Source of the DNA: a virus
Lineage: Duplodnaviria; Caudoviricetes
Direction: 5' to 3' (one strand)
Length of the DNA stretch: 58,969 nt
Virus record (IMG/VR): IMGVR_UViG_3300032053_000085
Location: 1 to 58,969 of that record
Shown here: one piece after another, positions 36,218 through 44,855 of the stretch
Layout of the letters: each line of letters begins with the position of its first letter
Position numbering within the stretch: position 1 is the first letter of the stretch
The notes under the pieces: generated by a model
What the model was told of the DNA's origin: nothing
The model's input: the letters and a program-made list of their open reading frames with translations, nothing else
Databases searched by the model: none
Position numbers and translations under genes: made by a program

Positions 36218-37065
36218 TCCACTATTCCTTCGGGGACGTAATTAGTCGAACCTATCGTCTCGGCGAGCAGGTTCCAGTTTAACCGCCGTGGCGGTTGTTC
36301 TTGTAGTACGTTAGCTTGCGTCCCTGGATAGGGGAGCGTCACTAACGGCTTGTTTCGAGTATAGATATCTAACCCATTGGAAAACAGATCATACTTTTTG
36401 TTTTCCGGTTTAATCTGGCCATTGAGCCACTTGATAGCAGTCTTCTCCGCTACGCCCGGAATGCCTTCGACGTTGTCGGAGGTACAACCAGTCCAAGCCT
36501 TGACGCTAGCCCACTGAATGGGGGATATCCCCCATTCAGTACGGAACGATTCTTCGGTGACCTGCTTATGGCTGACTGGATTATAGATCAAAACGTCGGG
36601 CCGGAGCAACTGGTATAAGTCAGCATCGGTGCTGACGATAACCAGTTGAACACTTGGATTGTTGACGATGATTGATCCGATCATATCGTCGGCTTCGTAG
36701 CCAGTCTGCCCGAACTGATTAAACGCACCCATTCGGCTAAGTAGCTGGGGCATGCGATCGATTTGTCGGTGCATGCCCTGGCGCTCCCTCTTGGCTTTAG
36801 GATCAGCCGCTTCCTTGGCTTCCCGCTCCGATCTACGCTTCTGCTTGTATGGCGGATAGGCTTCCTGCCTGATCGACTTCCGTGAATCGAAGGCGAAGGC
36901 GAAGTTATGCGTACGATAAATGCGTTCCAGTTGTAGGCAAGTTTGCCACAACTGGTAGAGAACGCCTGTATACTCGTTAGGGTTATCCGGGTGCGTAAGT
37001 TCGCCTACCGTGTGTAGGGCACGGTAGGCGAGATTGGAAACGTCTATGATTATACACTTTTTCAT
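36214..37065 (-). CDS. 5'-3' exonuclease / flap endonuclease (PolI N-terminal type)
   Basis: IDVSNLAYRA, FDS, YKQKR, EADD, STDADLYQL, SDNVEGIPGV.EKTA. Confidence 0.92.
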   Translation of the reverse strand: MKKCIIIDVSNLAYRALHTVGELTHPDNPNEYTGVLYQLWQTCLQLERIYRTHNFAFAFDSRKSIRQEAYPPYKQKRRSEREAKEAADPKAKRERQGMHRQIDRMPQLLSRMGAFNQFGQTGYEADDMIGSIIVNNPSVQLVIVSTDADLYQLLRPDVLIYNPVSHKQVTEESFRTEWGISPIQWASVKAWTGCTSDNVEGIPGVAEKTAIKWLNGQIKPENKKYDLFSNGLDIYTRNKPLVTLPYPGTQANVLQEQPPRRLNWNLLAETIGSTNYVPEGIVE

Positions 37066-37147
37066 TTTCGCCTCATGCACCCGCAAACAAGTAATGAATA
37101 CGCCACTAAGCAGGCGTAAAACCACCAAAAATCTTTTAGATCGACTA

Positions 37148-38203
37148 TCATTCGTATCGGCTTTTCCGTTCGACTGTCATTTGATTACGCCAGTCAGTGT
37201 AGCACTTGACGAGGAACTCGCCAAGTGCTGATTCCAGATTTGATTTCTCGATATAGGAAATCAAATCCTCGTAGAAGTACGACTTATCGCCCAGGAATGG
37301 TAGCTTGTATCTGCCACCTGGGCAAGTAATGTACTTGTTTGCTACAAGCCAGTTTAGTGTCGAGCCGGTCCCATCAACACCGAAAGTCGGATAAAAGTCT
37401 AGATCAAATGGAACCTTCGATCCATTCATCCGGTTCTTCACTACCCTGACCGTGACTACATCGCCGATCTGCGTCTTTGTTTTCTGGACTTCCTTCTCGA
37501 TCTTGCCGGATAGTTTAGTCTCAATCTCGATGTGGCACCAGAATTTTAGAGCCCGACCGCCAGGGACAACGTCACTCGGCGAATACTTATTCGCCTTGTT
37601 CACGTTGTCGCGGTGCTGCGATACTCCTAGGAGTATTGAGCCTGTCTCCTTTAGCTTCGGCACCAGCAACCGCAAGCGGTCGCTGTGGATGCGTCCGTGG
37701 GCCATACCGTAGCTACCGTCAGGGTCTTTGTCTTCGGCCCGTGCCTTTGCGGAGTCTTCGATATGCTTGATGGCGACGGCAGGCAGCCATGAGTCCCACG
37801 AGTCGACTAGCACGATCGCCGGTTCGCGATAGATAACATCCATCGCGTCGTACAGGTGGTCAAGGCTCTCGGCTTTCATGTGCTCTAGCCGGTTCGCCAA
37901 CTTCGACCCGAAAAAGGTTTCGGTGTCAAAGTTGCTACCGTTTTCCCCGTCGAAGATCACCAAGCGGTGATCGGCGTACGCTGTATTATTGGCGGCTTCC
38001 GCCAATAATACTTTGGTGTAGTAGCTCTTGCCGCTACCGCTGGGTCCATGGAACCAGCAGTAGCGGCCAGGGCCGACTGCTTGGCCGATCTTGCCGGATA
38101 CCATTAAATCAAACAGATCGCAACCTAACGATAGGTCTGGATCAGCAAGAATAGTATCCTGCATGTTCTCGACAGCTTGTGCCAATTTATCTAGTTTGTT
38201 CAT
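37148..38203 (-). CDS. RecA/UvsX-like recombinase
   Basis: GPSGSGKS, DGE, LVDS, SQ.R, PGGRALKF, VKNR. Confidence 0.92.
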   Translation of the reverse strand: MNKLDKLAQAVENMQDTILADPDLSLGCDLFDLMVSGKIGQAVGPGRYCWFHGPSGSGKSYYTKVLLAEAANNTAYADHRLVIFDGENGSNFDTETFFGSKLANRLEHMKAESLDHLYDAMDVIYREPAIVLVDSWDSWLPAVAIKHIEDSAKARAEDKDPDGSYGMAHGRIHSDRLRLLVPKLKETGSILLGVSQHRDNVNKANKYSPSDVVPGGRALKFWCHIEIETKLSGKIEKEVQKTKTQIGDVVTVRVVKNRMNGSKVPFDLDFYPTFGVDGTGSTLNWLVANKYITCPGGRYKLPFLGDKSYFYEDLISYIEKSNLESALGEFLVKCYTDWRNQMTVERKSRYE

Positions 38204-38351
38204 TAGTTACCTCGTCTGCTATCAGTGCGTTCAGTAGTTCTGTTACCGTCGCATGCCAACTACGCAATCGGCTTTTAGGGACCATACAGTGCGGCGATTG
38301 GAATGACTCAATTTCGCTTTTGAGTTCTTGAAGCTTAGTTATCTTATCCAT
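38187..38351 (-). CDS. Small hypothetical protein, 54 aa (not in the ORF track)
   Basis: GAGG RBS followed by MDKITKLQELKSEIESF...EQTR*. Confidence 0.55.
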   Translation of the reverse strand: MDKITKLQELKSEIESFQSPHCMVPKSRLRSWHATVTELLNALIADEVTNEQTR

Positions 38352-38366
38352 GTTTTCCTCAGAGTG

Positions 38367-38399
38367 TAAAAGAAAGTAGCCCGCTTTCGCGGGCTACTT
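38367..38399 (-). terminator. Intrinsic terminator after the SSB gene
   Basis: AAGTAGCCCGC-GAAA-GCGGGCTACTT followed by TCTTTT on the - strand. Confidence 0.85.
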
Positions 38400-38444
38400 G
38401 GCAGTCGTCCCCCGACAACTACTGTTTCAAAATGCCGGTGGGAA

Positions 38445-39317
38445 TCATTCCCAACCGGCATCAAAGGGTGCGTCTGCCGGGACAGACGACACGACTTCAA
38501 CGTCATCAGCAGGCCGGGTAGCCTCTGACTGTTGGCGTGTTCGGCTTGGTCTGGCCGGAGCATCTTCCTTTGTTTGGCTTTCTGGTGGTGCCGACTTGGT
38601 TACCGGCACACAATCGATGAAGCGTGCTTTCGCTTCATCGTAGGATAGTTTATTCAAAGCTGCGTCCAAGTTAACAACAGTTGCCATTGCCTTAGCTACT
38701 TCGCCGTCGAGTCCCTTGTGCGGACTGAAGTCAAAGACTCCGGCTTTATAGAACTTCGATCCCTCGTAGCTCCCTTCGGCCCAATCAAACTGAATGATCG
38801 ATCCTTGTCTAGGATCAGCAAAGACGCCCGCATGCTCTTGGCCGCGTCGCTTTTTCTTCTGGTTCGCTGCTTCGAACAACTGCTCTGCGAAATTCGCATA
38901 GCTGAAGTCGAGCACGTAGTTCTTATTGACGTCTTGACCGTCCATGGTCAAGACGTACACGTTCATCAATCCCATGCGTTGAGCACGTTTTTTGATGCCT
39001 GCTGCTGCGAGCGCATCGCCGATCGGACACTTCTCGTTGAAGGTCTGAGCACAGTCAAAGTAGGAATCTTTGCCCGCAGGGCCAAGATTCCTGTGCCGGA
39101 AGTAGTCACGGAAAAAATACATTTTTCCGGGAGCTACTCGCGGCGAGCAGGTCGTCTTGTATGGAAGCACTACCAATTCCATTTGGCAGGCTTTTGCAAT
39201 CTTCAGCCGTGGCACGGACTTCGGAATGTTAATCATGTAGAACCCAGGACCAGTGTCGCCAATGCGTGCGACTTCATCATCGATCGAGAGTACGTCAGTT
39301 TCGAGTTGTGTTGTCAT
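38445..39317 (-). CDS. ssDNA-binding protein, T4 gp32-like
   Basis: H..LG....C..TF...CPI and an acidic tail ending DAPFDAGWE; lies next to the recombinase. Confidence 0.7.
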   Translation of the reverse strand: MTTQLETDVLSIDDEVARIGDTGPGFYMINIPKSVPRLKIAKACQMELVVLPYKTTCSPRVAPGKMYFFRDYFRHRNLGPAGKDSYFDCAQTFNEKCPIGDALAAAGIKKRAQRMGLMNVYVLTMDGQDVNKNYVLDFSYANFAEQLFEAANQKKKRRGQEHAGVFADPRQGSIIQFDWAEGSYEGSKFYKAGVFDFSPHKGLDGEVAKAMATVVNLDAALNKLSYDEAKARFIDCVPVTKSAPPESQTKEDAPARPSRTRQQSEATRPADDVEVVSSVPADAPFDAGWE

Positions 39318-39731
39318 TTATTCAGCCATGCCTACGGGGTTTGAGTTGGTGAACCCGCGAATGACGAGTTCTGTAAGGTACTTGCACGCCGAACGCTTTA
39401 CGTCCAAGGCGTTTACGATTGCTCGTGTGTTATCCACGGCAAACTTAGCAGCGATCAAAGCTTCTTCCGCTGCGATAACCGCTGGTTGCACTACGACGAG
39501 TGTATCAACAAGATTTTCGGTCATCTTAGGAAAACCGTAAGAAAGTGGATCATTTCTGATCGCAAGTTCTGTCTTGGCTTTGATCAAGTTCAAAGCCTGG
39601 GCGGCTTTGTGTTGCTTGTTTAGTTCATCGGCCAAGGCCGATTCCCAAGTCGAGATATCTTGCGGCAGCACAGCTAGTGCTTCAGGAAGTCCGCCGACGC
39701 TCACTTCCAAATCTACATCTTCTTTTGTCAT
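39318..39731 (-). CDS. Helical protein, UvsY-like recombination mediator candidate
   Basis: 137-aa coiled coil, K.TE..V, ALDVK; synteny with SSB and RecA. Confidence 0.55.
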   Translation of the reverse strand: MTKEDVDLEVSVGGLPEALAVLPQDISTWESALADELNKQHKAAQALNLIKAKTELAIRNDPLSYGFPKMTENLVDTLVVVQPAVIAAEEALIAAKFAVDNTRAIVNALDVKRSACKYLTELVIRGFTNSNPVGMAE

Positions 39732-39794
39732 GATGACATTATACCTTACTGGGGGACACGTTTGGTCACACTCGGTGACCGTTATTGAGATTAA

Positions 39795-40724
39795 CTATAG
39801 CTGCTTGGCAGCAATAAGCTTCCAACAAACTGCTAAAAATCCCGCTTTTTTCGAATTAAAAAACGGCTCTCGCATTTCCAAAATGCAGCGAGCCGCCAAC
39901 GGAGCACTGTTTGTCTTAGCCATGCACGATTTGGCGTAAGCCAAAACGTACCAACGAGCCGGTTCTAACTGGTCATCAGGAATCGCATTTACTGTACTGT
40001 AAATCAAATCCCAAGTTCCTTGCTTGAATATAATCGCTTTACACAGATCACGCAAGTCCTGACGTGCTTCAAGATCGTCTTCGATCGACTTGAATCCTGC
40101 GATCACTTCAGTATCAAAGTCAACAGCGACGGCTTGTTCCAGCAGGACCAGAGCCGTTCGCATTGATCCATTCGCGGCTTTGGCAATAGTTGTTATCGCC
40201 TGGTCGGGTGCTGTTTTACCTTCCGATGCAAGCACGTCGGCCAATCGAGTAACCAGGGCCAATACCGATATTTCGTTGAGCGTGAACCCTGTGATTCGCG
40301 TACGGATTGCCTTGTCGATCTTTTCCGGTTGCGAGGAACATAGCACGAAATAAATATACGGGGGCGTGTCTTCGAGTAGTTTTAGAAATCCCTGTGCTGC
40401 GGCTTTGCTAATCCCGTGGAACTCGTCTAGAATATAGCAGGTATTCCCGCCGCCCAGTGGTCTAAATTGACTCTGTTGCTGAATCTCCCTGACTGCGTCG
40501 ATACCGGTATCCTGTGCCATGTTGCGCTCCACGATATTCATACCAGTGGCACCGGCTTTTGCTGCCATGATACGGGCTAGCGTAGTTTTACCTACTCCGG
40601 GCGGCCCCCAGAAGCCGATGACATGAGGCGGCGTATCTCCGAATCCGCGTAACTGATTTATGACAGCCTGCTGACCGGCAACAGCGTCTAGCGTTGTCGG
40701 CCTGTATTTGTGATATAGTCCCAT
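39795..40724 (-). CDS. Clamp loader, DnaX gamma/tau-like AAA+
   Basis: LYHKYRP, GQ, GPPGVGKTT, ILDEFH, LKLLED, GSMR.A. Confidence 0.92.
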   Translation of the reverse strand: MGLYHKYRPTTLDAVAGQQAVINQLRGFGDTPPHVIGFWGPPGVGKTTLARIMAAKAGATGMNIVERNMAQDTGIDAVREIQQQSQFRPLGGGNTCYILDEFHGISKAAAQGFLKLLEDTPPYIYFVLCSSQPEKIDKAIRTRITGFTLNEISVLALVTRLADVLASEGKTAPDQAITTIAKAANGSMRTALVLLEQAVAVDFDTEVIAGFKSIEDDLEARQDLRDLCKAIIFKQGTWDLIYSTVNAIPDDQLEPARWYVLAYAKSCMAKTNSAPLAARCILEMREPFFNSKKAGFLAVCWKLIAAKQL

Positions 40725-40737
40725 TAGCGTATTCTGG

Positions 40738-41403
40738 TTAGTGTTTTGATTGCATGGTAAACGCCGATAGTGGTTCCCATCCTCTATTTAGCCGCTTGCG
40801 AACTAGCTCAGCAGAGACATTGTAGTGTCTGCACCAATTAGCTAGCGTGTCAGTTTTATCGCCAATCATAATCAGGCGATTAGAGCGGCGGTTATTATTT
40901 TGTTGTTCGGGAGTAGCCCAGCGGCAATTACTTGGTTCGTAATTGCCATCCTTGTTCGGGAACCGGTCTAGTGTATGCTTCGGACTTGGTTTTTCGCCCA
41001 TGTCTAGAAAGAAATTCTCGAATTTCTTCCATCGTTCGCAGTAGCCGATTCCACGTCCGCCGTAATCGCTGTAGCGATTTCTTGCCTTGTTATCGCATCG
41101 CTGTATCATACCTGCCCACGCTGCATATTCTGGAGTGGCTGACATGCTGTGTACGGTTGCCATAGTTGCGGTTGTTTCGCGGCGGAAGCAGCCGCAACTG
41201 ACGGTGGTTTGTTTCTTTAAGCTCGCTACGCGGTACACTCCAGTAGCGCCGCACTCGCATAAACAGACTTGGTTGACGCATCTACTACCGCATCTACCGT
41301 ACGCCAATGTGAAGGGTGGACCCAAGGTCGTAAGACGACCATAGGTTTCCGGGACGAATTCGGTGCATACTCGCACCGAATGGACTACAATGTACTTAGC
41401 CAT
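40738..41403 (-). CDS. Free-standing HNH-type homing endonuclease, copy 2 (start MAKYIV)
   Basis: Paralogue of 5613..6287 sharing CLCECG, SCGC, CERWKKFENFF.DMGEKPSPKH, NCRW, IGDKTDTL.NW. Confidence 0.88.
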   Translation of the reverse strand: MAKYIVVHSVRVCTEFVPETYGRLTTLGPPFTLAYGRCGSRCVNQVCLCECGATGVYRVASLKKQTTVSCGCFRRETTATMATVHSMSATPEYAAWAGMIQRCDNKARNRYSDYGGRGIGYCERWKKFENFFLDMGEKPSPKHTLDRFPNKDGNYEPSNCRWATPEQQNNNRRSNRLIMIGDKTDTLANWCRHYNVSAELVRKRLNRGWEPLSAFTMQSKH

Positions 41404-41499
41404 TTGAAACATTCCTAGTGTTTTGATTGGATAGAAAACCCAAGCGGTAACAGCCGCTTGGGTTTTCGCATTATAGCATATTTCTCGTATATTCTTCAA
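41404..41499 (-). promoter_or_regulatory. HNH leader cassette copy 2: TTGAAG-N18-TATAAT with TGn, 14-bp hairpin, TTTTCTATCCA box
   Basis: Stem 41434-41447/41454-41467 has a different sequence from copy 1 but the same position and flanks. Confidence 0.85.
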
Positions 41500-42077
41500 G
41501 AATTCGCCCATTGGTGCAGAACATCTTCGACTTTGTCGTAGAGTTCTTGAAGTGATCCGTTATTCTCGATAGTGTAGTCCCCTTCTGCCCAATAATCTAG
41601 TTGCATTTCTGAACGATGATCAGATTGGGGAGTTTCGCGATCGGACCAGACGTAAATAAACAACGAATCGAGAGACCGGCCCCATGCGACTTCGTTTGCA
41701 AATCGAGTGTCGTAGAATGCAGTGCGGTAGTCACCGCGACTGCGTTCTTCGGCTATTTTGACCCAGCAATCCTGGCCATGGATATCTCGACCACATTCCG
41801 TGCCTAACAGTTGTAGCCATTTACGAACTTCTACGAAGTTACGTTTAACGTAGTCCACACCAAATCGCCATACCAAAGCACGATATTGCTCGTGCTGTGC
41901 TTTAGTGATCGATACGCCAGTATGAATCCAGGGATTCAAAATGGCTAGTTGTTCGTACAGTGGGTCGGCAAAGCCTCTCGCTGTGAAGTGGTGCGTATCT
42001 TCCAGGTACTTCGCAATGACGGATTTACCGGCATTGCGATTGCCCATGAGAAATACTGCTTTTGGTAGATTATTCAT
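41496..42077 (-). CDS. Deoxynucleoside monophosphate kinase
   Basis: GNRNAGKS, FADPL, R..LQ.LGTE.GR, D.RF.NE, H.SE. Confidence 0.9.
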   Translation of the reverse strand: MNNLPKAVFLMGNRNAGKSVIAKYLEDTHHFTARGFADPLYEQLAILNPWIHTGVSITKAQHEQYRALVWRFGVDYVKRNFVEVRKWLQLLGTECGRDIHGQDCWVKIAEERSRGDYRTAFYDTRFANEVAWGRSLDSLFIYVWSDRETPQSDHRSEMQLDYWAEGDYTIENNGSLQELYDKVEDVLHQWANS

Positions 42078-42172
42078 TGTTTCTTCTTCGGTCCTGTGGG
42101 TCCTGTTGGTGTTGACAGGGCTGTTGCTTCGGTCCAGCCTTTTCTTATCCTACGCTTTACTGTGCTGGACTG
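42074..42172 (-). pseudogene. 3'-only remnant of the same HNH family (copy 4)
   Basis: QSSTVKRRIRKGWTEATALSTP...* matches the HNH C-termini; no start codon; stop overlaps the kinase ATG. Confidence 0.65.
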
Positions 42173-42187
42173 CTAGTTATTATTCGA

Positions 42188-43579
42188 TCATTCTCGACCA
42201 GTATATGCGACTTTGTCGAACCAGGATACATCAGATATCTCAGTCTCGGTTTTAAGCGGCAGGATAACCCATGGGTTATCTTGTTTGATTTTTGTCGTCA
42301 TGTGGTAATTAGCCATTGCAACATAGTCATGCAGTTCGTTTTTCGGTACTATCGCTAACAACGAATCGTGTACTTCTAGGAACAAGCGGGACCGCATTCT
42401 AGTTCGTCTGATCTCGGCATCGATCGTAGTAATTGCCCGGAGCAATAGATGAAAGGCGGAACCTTGAATAGGCATGTTGATTATGAAATTACGCTTCTCT
42501 GCTCCCCACCAAGTGAATCCAGATAACGTGTGGCAATACCCCTTCTGCTGGTACGATTGATACCAGTCACGACGCCACTGATCGTATTCTGGGTAACGCA
42601 CCTTCCAGAAGTCGTGCTCGACTTCCTTGATGTGCGTTACCATCGCGTCAGGTCCGGGCTGCTCGATCCATTTCTTCTCTACGAAGTCGTAGGTCAAGCC
42701 CAGTCGTTTGATTCCCTTGCTTGCAAGGTAATCAACCATGCCCGTCTTTACGGCTGTCTTCCACAGCCGTAAAGCCACGTCGACGTAGTAGTTCCCGTAG
42801 AACCAGGAAAACACAGCGTCCGATTTAGCCGCAGTCCGTAGGACTTTGGCTAACTTTAGGTTGTCCCTGATCCAATCATCGCCGTACTTGTAGCACTGCT
42901 TACTGACTGCCGTGTGCATGTCGTAACCCGTGTTCAAGTTATCGATCATGGTCGGGTCTTTGTGGTAGCAGGCTGCCACGTGGACTTCTAGAGCCGAGTA
43001 GTCAATTTCAACGATATACTGCCCATCAGGAGGGCAGATAGTGCTCTTGACGTATCGCGTAATGCCTACATTACGCGAAGGTAGATTGTTCAGATTAGGT
43101 GCTTCGGCTGAGCCACGGAATGATTTAACCGTGTTCAGGTTCAAGCTACCGTAGACCCTACCATCGACGATTTCTCGGGAGAAAGCGTCGAGATAGGTGC
43201 CTTTGAGTTTCTGGAACTTCTGGAGTTTCAGAAATTCGGTAACGTAGTCGTTGTCCAGTGCGAGCAGGGCGTTCTCGTCTAGCTTGTATCGCCCGGCCTC
43301 TGACTTAGTCGCCCCCGGCAATTGCATGTGGCCATACAACACCCATGCTAATTGATCGCGAGAACCGAGCGAGCATTCCTTGCCGAATTTCCGTTGTTGG
43401 ATTTGGTAAATCTCGTGCTTCCGTAGGATAGCACTTGATTGCCTAATCTTGTCGGTTACTTCGGCTTGGGCAGTCGCCAGCTTGGCTGGATTGACTGGGA
43501 GGCCGACGCTCTCCATACGCGAAAGGGCAATAGCCCCTTCGTGAAATAGTCGATAAGCGGAACTTGTGGCCGGACGCAC
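42188..43579 (-). CDS. polA: Family-A DNA polymerase, polymerase domain only
   Basis: R.S...PNLNNLP, motif A DYSALEV, motif B R..AK....F..FYG, NMPIQGSA, motif C VHDS. Confidence 0.93.
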   Translation of the reverse strand: MRPATSSAYRLFHEGAIALSRMESVGLPVNPAKLATAQAEVTDKIRQSSAILRKHEIYQIQQRKFGKECSLGSRDQLAWVLYGHMQLPGATKSEAGRYKLDENALLALDNDYVTEFLKLQKFQKLKGTYLDAFSREIVDGRVYGSLNLNTVKSFRGSAEAPNLNNLPSRNVGITRYVKSTICPPDGQYIVEIDYSALEVHVAACYHKDPTMIDNLNTGYDMHTAVSKQCYKYGDDWIRDNLKLAKVLRTAAKSDAVFSWFYGNYYVDVALRLWKTAVKTGMVDYLASKGIKRLGLTYDFVEKKWIEQPGPDAMVTHIKEVEHDFWKVRYPEYDQWRRDWYQSYQQKGYCHTLSGFTWWGAEKRNFIINMPIQGSAFHLLLRAITTIDAEIRRTRMRSRLFLEVHDSLLAIVPKNELHDYVAMANYHMTTKIKQDNPWVILPLKTETEISDVSWFDKVAYTGRE

Positions 43580-43582
43580 GGG

Positions 43583-43984
43583 CTACTTACCTTTGGTTGG
43601 AGTCGATGAACGTAATGCATAAGTCCCACCGTGAACAGTCGCGGTCTGCGTTGCACGACCGCGACTATCGCGAATAGTAACAACGCCGTTAGGTCGGGTC
43701 TGAATAGACCCGACGATCCTTCCTTGGTTGTCTCTGATTTTGATAGGTGCCTGCGTCACTGGCGGTGCGTTGAAGCGGTTCCTGTTTGGATCGGGTAGAT
43801 CAACCAGAGCCGGTAGCTGGCGGCTTAAGGGAGCTAGATCGCGTCCCATGGCGTTCAAATCCAAGCGAAACGTCTGCGCTTGAACCGGTGCCTTCGATGC
43901 GTCTGGGTAGCCAGGATATGGAGGGAAGCCATTCTGGCAGAATGCGGTTCCCGTTAGTAGTAAGAATGCTAGTAGTGTTTTCAT
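43583..43984 (-). CDS. Secreted hypothetical protein
   Basis: Signal peptide MKTLLAFLLLTGTAFC; IRD..GR repeated. Confidence 0.7.
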   Translation of the reverse strand: MKTLLAFLLLTGTAFCQNGFPPYPGYPDASKAPVQAQTFRLDLNAMGRDLAPLSRQLPALVDLPDPNRNRFNAPPVTQAPIKIRDNQGRIVGSIQTRPNGVVTIRDSRGRATQTATVHGGTYALRSSTPTKGK

Positions 43985-44105
43985 TCTGGTAGACTGATCC
44001 AATCGTAAAGGTCTTGTTTAGTATAGAACACCGGTTTGCCGAGAATAAGAGCGACTCCTACGCAAATCTCCGCGACAAGTGATTTTTCGCCTTCTCTATC
44101 CATGA

Positions 44106-44855
44106 TTAGTACTTCTTGCCTCCTGCCTTTTGGCGATTCTCTGGCTTGTGATCTGCCCGTGTCGCGTTGTACGCTGCTTTCTTCGCAAGCAGCGTACCTA
44201 CGTTAATGTTTAGGAAGCCGCACAGATCGAATACTCGGATAAGAACGTCGGCTAACTCGACTCCGATCATTGTTTCATCGGTTAATTTATCATCCATCAG
44301 TCCACGTCGATGCCCTTCCAGGGCTTCGACGCACTCGGAAATAATCAGAGCGATCTTGGTGGGCACTACCAGCGGGTTATCCATCTGGTCCCACCAACCA
44401 GCGGCGACATTATCGGTGTTGATGCGTTCGCACATAGCGTCCAGCACTCGTGTTTCGAGTGCTGCGTAGTCGACTTCCGGTTCGGGCTGTTCGACTACCT
44501 TAACACCGTCAATCGGAAACGTCTTGGCAGTCGTTTCGAATTGCACGCCGTACTTGTGCTTACCGTAGTAATCGTCGATAAACCGTGCTGGTTCCGTAAG
44601 CCCGGTTTCCGGGTTAATTGCTAATCCGTTGTAACTTGACATTCTTAGTCTTGCTTCTCTGCGTAAGGGGGAACTGATTAAGGCTTCTTCGACTGAAAGT
44701 CGTTTCCAGCGTGGCCATGTTGCTATCATAGCTTTGGCTCGCTCGCCTGCTGCTATGAATTCTCCTCTTTTCTTGATTCTTTCGGCTTTTTCGCGGTTTC
44801 GGCGTACTATTTCCTTATCGGAACTAGCACCCCACTCGCGTCCTGAATCGCTCAT
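44106..44855 (-). CDS. Multidomain protein with C-terminal MazG-like NTP pyrophosphohydrolase
   Basis: KIALIISECVEALEG.R...DDKL, ELADVLIRVFD, K..YN..R. Confidence 0.82.
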   Translation of the reverse strand: MSDSGREWGASSDKEIVRRNREKAERIKKRGEFIAAGERAKAMIATWPRWKRLSVEEALISSPLRREARLRMSSYNGLAINPETGLTEPARFIDDYYGKHKYGVQFETTAKTFPIDGVKVVEQPEPEVDYAALETRVLDAMCERINTDNVAAGWWDQMDNPLVVPTKIALIISECVEALEGHRRGLMDDKLTDETMIGVELADVLIRVFDLCGFLNINVGTLLAKKAAYNATRADHKPENRQKAGGKKY

